DNA of 64,000 nucleotides from positions 192,001 through 256,000 of the forward strand of contig CAWHCF010000006.1 of assembly GCA_963827655.1 (NCBI GenBank). Direction: 5' to 3'. Below the pieces are notes generated by a model that was not told the origin of the DNA, did no database searches, and saw only the letters and a program-made list of their open reading frames with translations. The position numbers and the translations under genes are program-made. Source of the stretch: an uncultured Acidobacteriota bacterium. Lineage in GTDB: Bacteria; Acidobacteriota; UBA6911. The number at the start of each line of letters is the position of its first letter. Position 1 is the stretch's first letter. This document shows, in pieces, positions 18,091 to 27,726 of the stretch.

Positions 18091-19983
18091 ATGCCGCGTC
18101 GCACGAATTACAACAAAATTCCCATTCTGCTTCTCGCGCTTGGGATTGCCCTCCCGCTGTTTTCGCAGGGGCTCGACTACGTCAAGGCCAATTACACCAA
18201 GCTCGAGTCCTACATCCCCATGCGCGACGGTGTGCGTCTCTTCACCGCCGTCTACATTCCCAAGGACCAGTCCCAGAGTTATCCGATTCTGCTCAACCGC
18301 ACCCCCTACAGTATCGGGCCGTACGGATCCGACCAATACAAGGACGCCATTGGTCCCTCGGCGTCCTTTGCCAAGGAGGGGTACATCACGGTCTACCAGG
18401 ATGTACGCGGCCGCTTTATGTCCGAAGGCGAATTCGAGCACATGCGGCCTCATCGCGCGACAAAGAACAGTCAAAAAGAGATTGATGAAAGCACCGACAC
18501 CTACGACACCATCGAGTGGCTGCTGAACAATATCCCGGGTCACAATGGCCGCGTGGGAATGTGGGGGATTTCTTATCCCGGTTTCTACGCCGCGGCGGGC
18601 ATGGTTAACGGGCATCCTGCGTTGAAAGCCGTGTCGCCCCAAGCGCCGGTGGCCGACTGGTTCGGCTGCGACGACTGGCATCACAACGGCGCTCTGCTCC
18701 TGGCCCATGCTTTCGGATGGTTCTCCGGCGCCGGGTGGCCTTTTACCAAGCCGACCACAGCGCCTCCGAGCCGGACCATAGATCGAGATATCGAGGACGG
18801 CTACGAGTTTTATCGCCGGCTCGGCCCGATGCGCAACGCCAACGAAAAATACTTCAAAAATGAAATCACTTTCTGGAACGAGATGATGAAGCGGGAATCC
18901 CGCGATGACTGGTGGAAGGCCCGCAACATCCGGCCCCACCTGAAACAGATCAAACCGGCTGTCATGACGGTCGGTGGCTGGTTCGACGCGGAGAATCTCT
19001 TCGGGGCGCTCGAAGTTTACCGTGCCGTTGAGGTCCAGAGCCCCGAAACCTTCAACATCCTGGTCATGGGGCCCTGGATTCATGGCGGCTGGGCAAGAGA
19101 GAAGGGCGACCAGCTCGGCGACGTCCGCTTCGATGCTTCGACGGCTGAGTTCTATCGCGAGCAGATCGAGCTTCCCTTCTTCGACTTTTTCCTTAAAGAA
19201 AAGGGGAAGCAGGCTCTCCCCGAGGCCTATGTTTTTGAGACCGGCACGAACCAGTGGCGCAAGTTTGACGCCTGGCCTCCGAAAGTCGCGGCGGCGAAGA
19301 CGCTCTACCTGCACGCGAACGGCAAACTGTCCTTCGACCCTCCGTCCGCCGATGGCCAGAACGAATACGACGAGTATGTCAGCGACCCCAAGAAGCCGGT
19401 CCCCTACATCCCGGGCCAGGCATCGGGTATGGCCACGCGCTATATGGTGGATGACCAGCGTTTCGCCGCCCGGCGTCCGGACGTGCTGTGGTATCAGACC
19501 GAAGTGCTCGAGGAAAACGTCACCATCGCAGGTCCGATCATACCCCAGTTGCACGTGTCGACGACCGGCACCGATTCCGACTGGATCGTCAAATTGATAG
19601 ATGTCTATCCGGACCGCTTTCCCGATGCAAAGGGCTCGGTCAACAACACCATGGGCGGTTATCAGCAGCTGGTCCGAGGTGAGGTCATGCGCGGCAAGTT
19701 CCGAAATACGCTGGATACGCCGGAGCCCTTCAGTCCGGGCAAAGCCACGAAGGTGGAATTCACCGTGTCGGACACTTTTCACACCTTTCGGCGCGGCCAC
19801 CGAATCATGGTCCAGATCCAGAGCACATGGTTTCCGCTCATCAATCTCAACCCGCAAAAATTCATGAACGTCAACGAGGCGGTCGACGCGGATTTCACCA
19901 AGGCCACCCAGCGGGTTTACCGCTCCCGCAGCCTTCCGTCCGCGCTGAAAGTGAACGTCCTCCCCCGCACCCCGTCACACTGA
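18091..19983 (+). CDS. CocE/NonD family hydrolase (alpha-amino-acid ester hydrolase / glutaryl-7-ACA acylase-like)
   Basis: PMRDGVRL, RTPY, QDVRGR, WGISYPGF nucleophile motif, GWFDAE, GPWIHG. Confidence 0.93.
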   Translation: MPRRTNYNKIPILLLALGIALPLFSQGLDYVKANYTKLESYIPMRDGVRLFTAVYIPKDQSQSYPILLNRTPYSIGPYGSDQYKDAIGPSASFAKEGYITVYQDVRGRFMSEGEFEHMRPHRATKNSQKEIDESTDTYDTIEWLLNNIPGHNGRVGMWGISYPGFYAAAGMVNGHPALKAVSPQAPVADWFGCDDWHHNGALLLAHAFGWFSGAGWPFTKPTTAPPSRTIDRDIEDGYEFYRRLGPMRNANEKYFKNEITFWNEMMKRESRDDWWKARNIRPHLKQIKPAVMTVGGWFDAENLFGALEVYRAVEVQSPETFNILVMGPWIHGGWAREKGDQLGDVRFDASTAEFYREQIELPFFDFFLKEKGKQALPEAYVFETGTNQWRKFDAWPPKVAAAKTLYLHANGKLSFDPPSADGQNEYDEYVSDPKKPVPYIPGQASGMATRYMVDDQRFAARRPDVLWYQTEVLEENVTIAGPIIPQLHVSTTGTDSDWIVKLIDVYPDRFPDAKGSVNNTMGGYQQLVRGEVMRGKFRNTLDTPEPFSPGKATKVEFTVSDTFHTFRRGHRIMVQIQSTWFPLINLNPQKFMNVNEAVDADFTKATQRVYRSRSLPSALKVNVLPRTPSH

Positions 19984-20021
19984 AGATTCGTGCTTCTTCG
20001 TGTCTTCGCGTCCTGGGGTGG

Positions 20022-20393
20022 TCACTTCGCGGCGACGCGCTTCACCGAGATCTTCGCGGTCAGTTTACCGCCCTCGCCTCCTTTTATATCGCCGTCGATC
20101 TGATCCCCTTTGACTCTCAAGTCGAAATACATAGTGTTTCCGCCTGTCACCGACTCAAAGGTCAGCTTATCCCCTTCGAGTTTTCCGTTCTGGATCGGAA
20201 ACTGCTCGTTCTCATTCGGGCCTCCGGTCCCCGTTACTTTGCTACCCTCTTGCTTCAGAATGATGTACGTTGGCCCGGACCCCGTTGCTCCTTCTGCGTT
20301 CTTCAAATCGATGGTACCTGACCATCTACCCGTGACGTCGGCGGCGTTTAGAGTGGCTGCTGAAAGCAGCAGAACGAGAAGAATTGCTTTCAT
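20022..20393 (-). CDS. Small secreted beta-rich protein
   Basis: Signal peptide then ADVTGRWSG...LKQEGSKVTGT; AGGAGG RBS. Confidence 0.75.
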   Translation of the reverse strand: MKAILLVLLLSAATLNAADVTGRWSGTIDLKNAEGATGSGPTYIILKQEGSKVTGTGGPNENEQFPIQNGKLEGDKLTFESVTGGNTMYFDLRVKGDQIDGDIKGGEGGKLTAKISVKRVAAK

Positions 20394-20476
20394 AGTTCCT
20401 CCTTTGAAGCTGGCGTGCTCATGGATACGGGAATTTTCCCCGAGTTAAAGACTGGCATTTGTCCGCCAAAGCGTCA

Positions 20477-20570
20477 AGAAAGTAGAAAGTAGAAAGTGCT
20501 GAGTAGAAAGTATCAAGAGCGTAGGCTCAGAAGTTTTTACTCAGCACTTTGGACTTTAAACTTTCTACTG
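20477..20570. repeat. Inverted pair of 7-mer arrays (AGAAAGT / ACTTTCT type)
   Basis: AGAAAGT x3, GCTGAGT, AGAAAGT ... ACTCAGC ACTTTGG ACTTTAA ACTTTCT. Confidence 0.8.
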
Positions 20571-21000
20571 CTTAGGAAGCCGGGAGGCGCGCCGAAGCGA
20601 TCGAGATTCGGGAAGACGGCCGGGAGGTCCACGGCGCTCACGCCGTACCATGTAGCCAGCGCCGCGCCATACTGGTCTACAGACGTTGTCGGAATCCATT
20701 TTCCGCGCGCCGTTCCTCCGGCATCGGTGTCGTCCGGGCCGCTGGGCACAAGCGTCGGAAATGCGCCAAAGAAGTCCCCTCCGCGCACCGACCCCCCCAT
20801 GATGAAATGGTGGCTTCCCCAGGCGTGGTCGGTCCCTACGCTATTGTTGGCCGTGAAGGTGCGGCCAAAGTCCGACAGCGTAAAGGTGGTGACCTGCGTG
20901 GCGGCCCCGATCTCCTCGGTAGCCGCGTAGAAGGCTCTCATCGCCGAGCTCAACTGAGCCAAGAGGTTTGCGTGGCTGCCGATTGGGAAGCCTTCGGGGT
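20537..21000 (-). pseudogene. C-terminal fragment of a DUF1501 protein
   Basis: HANLLAQLS..VTTFTLSDFGRT...GTDHAWG..HFIMGGSVRGG...IPTTSVDQY...FPNL; no N-terminal half or start before the upstream gene ends. Confidence 0.75.
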
Positions 21001-21008
21001 TACCGCGC

Positions 21009-22985
21009 CTATGTCAACGACCCGCCTATGTCCACGACGGCTTCCGTGATCTGACCCAGGTATTTCCCGTCGCACACCACATCAGCCGCCAGGGCGAAGC
21101 GCGGCGACCTCGGCGTCCAGTCGCGCGGAATCTGGATCTGAAACGACTGGCGCGCCTTGGTTCCAGCAGCGGCCTCGAAGCGTAACACGTCCGGCTCGAT
21201 GCGCCATTCTCCCGGCGCAATCAGCGAGATTTCCATCTTCATCGGCGCCTTGCGGTAATTCTGAACGCGAACTTCGGCACGGGCGGATTCCCCCGGCTTG
21301 ATCAGCATCTGGTAGGGATAAAGGCTGCACCAGCTCGGATCGAGACCGAAGTTGATGTCCGGATCGGCGATGATGTCCTGAAAGTGTTGCGTCAGCCGGC
21401 GCATCTTCTGCTCGCTTGCCAGCAATTCATCGCGGTTGATAAGAAATGGGCGGCCGTGGCCGGGAGCCATCAAATTCGGCTCATGATCGATCAAGTTGCG
21501 GATTGACTTCTGGTGGCTGTCGCTCTCCACGTGATTACGAAAGATGAGATTGTGGCGCAATACGCCCTGCCCCGGGTCGGGATAAGGGAAAAAGGCATCC
21601 CCGGTGAAGGCCACGCGCGCACCGTCGATGCTCACGAAAAGCGCCATCTGGTATTCGGTATGGCCGGGAGAGTGCGTAATCTCAAAATCGTACTCCTCCC
21701 ACTTGAAACGCTCACCATGACGGAAGGATTTCGATACCTTGAATGGTTCGCCCAGGATGCATCCCAGATTGTGGCCGCGAGGGTTCTCGAAAACGTCCAC
21801 CATGTTTTCGTAACACCAAACCTGGGTGTTGTGATGGCGAATCAAATGCGGAAAGCCGTTCATGTGATCGTCATGCATGTGGCTGGGCATGGCAATATCC
21901 ACGGACTTCATCCCGAAGCGAGACTTGAGATCATCAATGTTGTGCTCGACGAAACGAATCCGATCCGTGACGGCTGTGGCCCGCTCGAAATTTCCAAAAT
22001 GCAGCCCGGAAGCCGATCCATAGTCAATGAACATTGCCTTGCCGCTCTTGCTCAGGATGGCATAGAAGGATGAGGTCGTCAGATGGTGCGCGATCAGGTG
22101 AGGGCTGACGGCATAGCCTCGTGACAAGAGGCTCGGGCTGGCGCCGGTTTGAAAACGGTAGTATTCGACCAGACGGTCGATGGTTTGCTGGATCCCGCTG
22201 TCCGGGTCCGGCAGCGGAGCTCCGTGCGAAGGACAAACCAGCGCCGGTTTCTGTTCGCGCAGTCTCGCCAGGGAAAACGCGCCCAGATCCACGCCCTCGG
22301 CGCCGCCGTAGTTTATCTGCGTATCCCAAAGATTGACCAGCTTGCCTGGCGAGTGCATCAGGTCACCAGTAAAAGCAGTCCTCTTGCCGTCAACTTCCGC
22401 CAGCAACGACACCGACCCAAGAGTATGACCGGGAGTGGGAAGAACGAAGATATCGCGATTATTCCAGCGAAACGTGCCGTAGTCGTGCAATACGTTAGCG
22501 ACCGGTATGTTTTCCGTAATCGTGTTGAAGTCGTTGCGGACGTAATAGAGATGGAAAACGCGGCGGTTGCGCCAGAAGTTCTCGGCTTCGGCAAAGAAAT
22601 GCCGTTCGTGGGCGGGCACCACGATTGGGATCGAGCGTTCGACCGCCTTGTAATCCCCCTGGCACTGATCTCGATGATGGTGGGTGTGGAGAATCCAGTC
22701 TACTTTATTGATTCCCAGGCCGGAGAGATAGTCGAGAATCTTCCCCGATCCAAAATCGATGAGAAGACCGCGATTTCCGTCTCGAATCAAGTAGACGTTG
22801 CACGTGTCCTCGAGCAGGTAGAGATTCTCGGATAGCTTTTTCAGCTCGCCTGCCGGGACAAACGAAGTCCGGCGCTGAGGTGTTTTGTCGGCTTCAACTG
22901 CCTTTGTCACTCCAGGCGCTACTGCGGGAGATGCCGCCGCCGCGCCCAAAGTTTTCATGAAACCACGACGCGAAGTCTTGTCCAC
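21009..22985 (-). CDS. Tat-exported tandem MBL-fold metallo-hydrolase with C-terminal Ig-like domain
   Basis: SRRGFMK; two MBL motif sets (THHHRDQ/PGHT/TGD and SHMHDDH/PGHT/TGD); AAGGAGG before GTG 22985. Confidence 0.85.
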   Translation of the reverse strand: MDKTSRRGFMKTLGAAAASPAVAPGVTKAVEADKTPQRRTSFVPAGELKKLSENLYLLEDTCNVYLIRDGNRGLLIDFGSGKILDYLSGLGINKVDWILHTHHHRDQCQGDYKAVERSIPIVVPAHERHFFAEAENFWRNRRVFHLYYVRNDFNTITENIPVANVLHDYGTFRWNNRDIFVLPTPGHTLGSVSLLAEVDGKRTAFTGDLMHSPGKLVNLWDTQINYGGAEGVDLGAFSLARLREQKPALVCPSHGAPLPDPDSGIQQTIDRLVEYYRFQTGASPSLLSRGYAVSPHLIAHHLTTSSFYAILSKSGKAMFIDYGSASGLHFGNFERATAVTDRIRFVEHNIDDLKSRFGMKSVDIAMPSHMHDDHMNGFPHLIRHHNTQVWCYENMVDVFENPRGHNLGCILGEPFKVSKSFRHGERFKWEEYDFEITHSPGHTEYQMALFVSIDGARVAFTGDAFFPYPDPGQGVLRHNLIFRNHVESDSHQKSIRNLIDHEPNLMAPGHGRPFLINRDELLASEQKMRRLTQHFQDIIADPDINFGLDPSWCSLYPYQMLIKPGESARAEVRVQNYRKAPMKMEISLIAPGEWRIEPDVLRFEAAAGTKARQSFQIQIPRDWTPRSPRFALAADVVCDGKYLGQITEAVVDIGGSLT

Positions 22986-23045
22986 ACTCTCCTCCTTGGG
23001 TTCCAGACCCACCAGAATGCCGCGCGCTGATCAGGAACTCACAGC

Positions 23046-23074
23046 AATATATATCGCTTGACCCGAACGCTCAA
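23046..23074 (-). promoter_or_regulatory. Candidate sigma70 promoter of the MBL gene
   Basis: TTGAGC-N17-TATATT on the minus strand. Confidence 0.45.
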
Positions 23075-23387
23075 CATAGAAACAGATCGAAATCGAGTGT
23101 TGAGGCGGCACACGCTCTGACCGGCGAAAGCATCCGCGGCTTCGCTGAATCACACCACCCAGCAAGCAGGATGGCTCCCCGGCTCGCCTGACGGTTCCGC
23201 TTGCGACGCCTTAAACTCTCATTTTCTTGTGATATCGGACAGCGTGAAAGCGCTCGACCTCGCCGTCAACATTGCCGGCCCTACGGGCCCTGGAGTTTGG
23301 ACACTTCGCAGGCACAGAAGCTCGGATGCCGTTAACCAGGGCCGAAGGCCCGCCCCGCCCGTGAGAAGCTGTAAAAAATCTGAGTCT

Positions 23388-23414
23388 GTGGCGACGGGTC
23401 ATCAGACCAGTCGC
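23388..23414 (+). repeat. REP-like palindrome, uninterrupted copy
   Basis: GTGG-CGACGGGTC-ATCA-GACCAGTCG-C. Confidence 0.7.
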
Positions 23415-23459
23415 AAACACCGCGATCGGAATGATCTACCTTTAAAGAGATCGTTGGTG

Positions 23460-23768
23460 TCATCCGGGGCCCTTGAGGCTCAGCGATGGAATAGCAACGA
23501 TGAATCTGCGTCCGCGGTCCTCAACCAGAGCCATGGCCTCGAGGTCATCAACGCTCGCGCTGGAAATCCCCTCGACCGGCCGCCGGATAATGGGACCGGC
23601 CTGACTCTCGGGTGTAAGCCGCAGCTCATAGAGCGCGTCGCTGATATTGTTGTCGCAAAACAGGAATCTTGAATCGCCGATCGCAACGATGTCCGAGGCA
23701 TTGTACGGTTCGCTCCCGTCGTGGGGCCGTTCCGCAAAATAGATGGGCTTGACCTTTCGAGGCTTCAA
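23460..23768 (-). pseudogene. Truncated N-terminal fragment of a DUF3616-like propeller protein
   Basis: YNASDIVAI..RFLFCDN...VDDLEAMA...SLS, then an abrupt stop; family call from memory. Confidence 0.4.
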
Positions 23769-23961
23769 GGACCATTCTCGCTGTTCGCCGCACCTTCAAT
23801 CGCGCGCTCATGGTTGCTGAGCACCCGATTTCCGCCGGCCTTCACGGCCAGCGGCTACTCACTGTCGGCTCCCACGGGCTCGTCATGGCGAAGCAATTGC
23901 CGTGACAGCCAGGACGCATACCAGCATTTCCGAAGAGTAATGCAGCCCGGCTCCGTCAGCT

Positions 23962-25647
23962 CTACCAGGTCAGCCTTAGCAAAGAAACTCCCTGGCCCGG
24001 AAGATCGAACCGCAGCGTTAAACGATCCTTCGCCGGGTGCACCCACTCAGGCGAACTCAGCAGTTGCAACTGATCCGCTTTCTCAAGCTGCTTGTACTGC
24101 TCCGCCGACGGCGGTTGCGGCGAGCCCATCCTTTTCCAAGCCTCATATGAATTACTGTGTTCCGCATCGATACGGTAGTGATGAAGCAACGCACGACCGG
24201 CAGGAAGTCCTTCGACCACGACCTCCACTTCGGCCGGCGGGGATGGCACATCATCGTCGTGATAGTTCCACACCAGTACGGAAGCAGTTCGATCCTGCCG
24301 GCTGGCCAGCGCATTCACGTCGGACTTGCCGGTCACGCCGGTATCCCGAATCGCCGTCAGGGACATTGCTCTCGTGCTCTCCACGGCCACACGCTGTCCG
24401 CCCATCTGTCCCAGCATGCGGAAGACATTCAGCACCGGCTTGGCGATCCCATTGGTCGCGAGGTCGCGGAAGCCATCGAAATATGGTTGGTCCTCAAACT
24501 CGAAAGCCCAGGTGACCGATCCCAGTAGATTTACCCCATGAAGGTCCGCAAGTTCGTAGGTGCGCGCAATCTGGGCGGCGGTGTAGCTGGAGTACATCGT
24601 GCCGTTGCGGTACGCGTTCTGGGGGTGCATCCGCGCCGAGCAGGCAGCACAGCCTTCCGGATCCGATTCGCCGATGATGATCGGCGTGTTGCGCAACTCG
24701 GGGAAGGACGCCACAATCTCGAAGCCCTTCGAAATGGACCTGAGCTGGTTGCTGATGCCCATCCGGACGTGTTTATCAACCACTCTCGGGGCGCCCTTGG
24801 CGTGGAAGCCCACATAGTCGAGCGGGGAGCCGCTCTTGCCGGTCGCATAATTCGTTCCCCGCAGGCAGTGTTCCAGAAAATTACGCAGAAACTTCTCGGC
24901 CCTGGGATTGGCCGGCCCGGTAACATGAGGTCCGCCGATCTTGGCTGTCGGCAGCGCGCGCTTCACGGCCGCGGCGGTGAAGTCGTAGAGTTTGTTGAAT
25001 TCCTCCTGCGTGCCCTGCCAGTAGCCGATGTCCGGCTCGTTCCAGAGTTCCCAGTACCAGCTCTCCACCTCGGCGCGTCCATATTTCTCGAGTGAGTGCC
25101 GCACCCACTGGTAAACCAACTCGGCCCACTTTCCGTAATCGCGCGGAGGATGCGCCCAGCCGGTGAAGATCGAACTGTAAGGCTTGTCAATTCCCCATTC
25201 GTGCCGATAAGGGTGCGGTTTGACCGACAGCGCCTCAGGCATGAACCCGATCTCAACCAGCGGCTTCATCCTCCGCTCGACCAGGGTATCGAAGATCCGG
25301 TCAACAATCGTCCAGTCATAGCGCGGCCGGCCGGTCGAATCCTCGGTGTACGCGTTGGTCGAGCCCCACTTGAGCGCCGCCGTTCCGTCGCCACTGGTGA
25401 GCAGGTTGTGGGTGCGCACGTATACCGGCACGGGACTCAACTCGGCAAGTTCGGAAAGGAGTTTCTTGCCATCCTTCATGTAGGTGTAATTCGGTTCGTC
25501 ATAACCGAAAAAACTCCAGACCGGCTTCATCTCCCCTTTGCTCTTCGACGTGTCGATTCGAATCGAAACACGATCCATCTGACCGGGCGACGGCGGGCCG
25601 CCCAGCAAGGCAACGAAAATAACCACGAGAGCGCTTGTCAGTCGCAT
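23962..25647 (-). CDS. GH39 beta-xylosidase-like glycoside hydrolase
   Basis: Signal peptide; WELWNEPD (acid/base), IIGESDPEG (nucleophile), WAFEFE. Confidence 0.9.
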   Translation of the reverse strand: MRLTSALVVIFVALLGGPPSPGQMDRVSIRIDTSKSKGEMKPVWSFFGYDEPNYTYMKDGKKLLSELAELSPVPVYVRTHNLLTSGDGTAALKWGSTNAYTEDSTGRPRYDWTIVDRIFDTLVERRMKPLVEIGFMPEALSVKPHPYRHEWGIDKPYSSIFTGWAHPPRDYGKWAELVYQWVRHSLEKYGRAEVESWYWELWNEPDIGYWQGTQEEFNKLYDFTAAAVKRALPTAKIGGPHVTGPANPRAEKFLRNFLEHCLRGTNYATGKSGSPLDYVGFHAKGAPRVVDKHVRMGISNQLRSISKGFEIVASFPELRNTPIIIGESDPEGCAACSARMHPQNAYRNGTMYSSYTAAQIARTYELADLHGVNLLGSVTWAFEFEDQPYFDGFRDLATNGIAKPVLNVFRMLGQMGGQRVAVESTRAMSLTAIRDTGVTGKSDVNALASRQDRTASVLVWNYHDDDVPSPPAEVEVVVEGLPAGRALLHHYRIDAEHSNSYEAWKRMGSPQPPSAEQYKQLEKADQLQLLSSPEWVHPAKDRLTLRFDLPGQGVSLLRLTW

Positions 25648-25711
25648 CGGTTGTCCTTGGCGTCTTAGCGGTGGTACCCACAAACCGCGAAGACAGAAAC
25701 AAACGCGCCAG

Positions 25712-26455
25712 TCAGTTAAGGGGCGTGAGATAGACGTCGCGGAAGTGGACCAGCGCACCCTCCGACTGGAGCGAAATTGCACCCCTGGTCACGTCGCACT
25801 TGGTGGCGTGGTTTACCAAAACGCCATTGACATGGACGACGATCTCGTCTCCTTTGCAGGTGACTTCCATCTTGTTCCATTGGCCAGCCGGTTTCTCGGA
25901 ATCGTCGGTGAGGTTCAGGTGTCGCCGGCCTCGCCGGCGCGTCTCGAGATCAGGCACTTCCAGGCTGGTGCCGATCACCCAAAAGTCCCCTGCATTTCCC
26001 AAGGCGAGCTGCACCTCGATCGACTTGGGCCATTGCCCAAGGGCATTCGGTGTAGACGTGTGCACAAGCACGCCGTTGTTTCCTTTTGCAGTTCCTTCCG
26101 GCCAGCGCCACTCGAGACTCAGCTTGTAGTTCTCGTACTCCTGAGCGGTACGAATGTAGCCTGTCGGTTTGCCCTGACAGATCAGAATGCCGTTTTCGAC
26201 GCTCCAGACCGCGGACATTGGAGTTGTCGTATCCTGCTGCTTGGCTGCGGAGTCCCACAGGTAATGGGTCCAGCCCGTCAGGTCCTTGCCGTTAAAAAGC
26301 GCGATCCTTTGCTTGACAACCTCCTGGGACTGGCCCGGCGGTTGCAGCGGCATGATGTGATTTCCGATCAGCCTCTCCCCGGGCCATGTAGCAGGGCCGG
26401 CCGCCGTCAGGACGGCGGACAACAAGAGGATCCCGTGTGCTGTCATCCCCTTCAT
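25712..26455 (-). CDS. DUF1080 (3-keto-disaccharide hydrolase/lyase family) protein
   Basis: LFNGKDLTGW, LEWRW, NNGVL, EVQL, GQWN, ISLQSEG..FRDVYL. Confidence 0.9.
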   Translation of the reverse strand: MKGMTAHGILLLSAVLTAAGPATWPGERLIGNHIMPLQPPGQSQEVVKQRIALFNGKDLTGWTHYLWDSAAKQQDTTTPMSAVWSVENGILICQGKPTGYIRTAQEYENYKLSLEWRWPEGTAKGNNGVLVHTSTPNALGQWPKSIEVQLALGNAGDFWVIGTSLEVPDLETRRRGRRHLNLTDDSEKPAGQWNKMEVTCKGDEIVVHVNGVLVNHATKCDVTRGAISLQSEGALVHFRDVYLTPLN

Positions 26456-26598
26456 GATCTCTCCTTCCGGTTTGTTTGAGAGCATTCTTATTGCCGCAGT
26501 GCCGGAGGCGTCAAGCGGAAACTGCGGCGAGGCGCCGGTTCCGTACCGAAGTTTAACCACGTGAACTTCCGGGCGCTCTCCGTTACACTGGGCAGCCT

Positions 26599-27348
26599 AT
26601 GATCGAACGTGACCGAGGGAAAGACGCCCCAGCGCGGATCGAAGAGCTGGTTAACCTTGAGACGCAAGCCTGGGATAGCCAGGATGTGGAGTTGCTCCTC
26701 TCCATTCTGCACCCTGATATGGTCTGGCCGTGGCCACCCGGCGCCTCCGCTCACGATCCGATCGACTGGGTACTCGAGTGGGGACGCTACGACTTCGAAA
26801 GGTGGAAGCGAGACTGGCAAGAGTTGTTCGACACGCACGACCTGATGCATAACCGGCGGATCATCCGCCGCATCGAGGTTGCCGCCGAGAGCGACGGTGG
26901 CTTCGCCGTTGTGGACGTCGACACCTTGTGGCGCCGGCGCGCTGATGGCGTCCCAAACCACTGGTCGGGACGCGCGTGCAAGATCTATACGCGGCTCGCG
27001 CGCGGTGAATGGAAACTGATCGCGCAGACCGGACTGCTCGACTACTCGTTGGTCAAGCGCGGCACCCGGAACAGCGCGCAGCACGCCGACAAAAACGCCG
27101 GTGCTCTCGTGAAAGATCCGTTCACCAAGCTTCAAGGTCAATACCTCGCCTTCATTGAGTCGTACACCAGACTGAACCGAAGGCCGCCGGCAGAGGCCGA
27201 CCTTCAGCGGTACTTCAGGGTAACGCCGCCGTCGATCCATCAGATGATCCTGACTCTTGAGAAGCGGGGCCTGATCGCCCGAACGCCAGGTCAAGCACGT
27301 TCGATCCAAGTCCTGGTAGCGCGCGACCAGCTTCCGTCACTAGAGTGA
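26599..27348 (+). CDS. SnoaL/NTF2-like domain fused to a LexA/MarR-type winged-HTH
   Basis: N-part AWDSQDVELLLSILHPDMVWPWP...TGLLDY; C-part QGQYLAFI..YT....PPAEADLQRYFRVTPPSIHQMILTLEKRGLI...PGQARSI. Confidence 0.7.
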   Translation: MIERDRGKDAPARIEELVNLETQAWDSQDVELLLSILHPDMVWPWPPGASAHDPIDWVLEWGRYDFERWKRDWQELFDTHDLMHNRRIIRRIEVAAESDGGFAVVDVDTLWRRRADGVPNHWSGRACKIYTRLARGEWKLIAQTGLLDYSLVKRGTRNSAQHADKNAGALVKDPFTKLQGQYLAFIESYTRLNRRPPAEADLQRYFRVTPPSIHQMILTLEKRGLIARTPGQARSIQVLVARDQLPSLE

Positions 27349-27451
27349 TGAGGGCGTCTGGCCGACAGGGTTCTGCTCCATCTGAATAATTGCTACAAAC
27401 CCGGCACGCTGAGAAGATGTTAAAGAATTGGCTCTGTGGCGCGGGTCATCA

Positions 27452-27653
27452 GAGACTGATGCAGAAGTCCTCCGGTTTATGTGCGGACGGGCTATCAAGC
27501 CCGTCCGGCCTACCAAGAGGGCGCAATGAACTTGTTAAGGATAAGTCCTTCGATCGCGTTACTTGCGACGGGCCAATGGCCCGTCGCCACAGTATGCTCG
27601 GAAGGTGTCTAAGCCACTCGGCCTGGGTCGGAGCTGAGTTTTGCAACGGTCTC
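27452..27653. mobile_element. 202-bp MITE with 18-bp imperfect TIRs and a 4-bp ATCA target duplication
   Basis: GAGACTGATGCAGAAGTC (27452-27469) / GAGTTTTGCAACGGTCTC (27636-27653), 14/18 complementary; ATCA at 27448-27451 and 27654-27657. Confidence 0.8.
27484..27590 (-). repeat. Two REP-like hairpins inside the MITE
   Basis: CGGACGGGCT-ATCA-AGCCCGTCCG-GCCTAC and GCGACGGGCC-AAT-GGCCCGTCGC-CAC; GTAG/GTGG feet on the minus strand. Confidence 0.75.
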
Positions 27654-27726
27654 ATCAGACCCGCATTATATGCTGGCCGGTCTCCCCGAGAGCTGGGAGC
27701 TAGTGAACCTAATCTGGAGGTTTTGC

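Noticed and set aside
18088-19857. 589-aa antisense ORF (likewise 15289-16488, 59642-60568 and the short ORFs over smc)
   Set aside because: Shadow ORFs opposite well-supported genes in GC-rich DNA, with no recognisable motifs.
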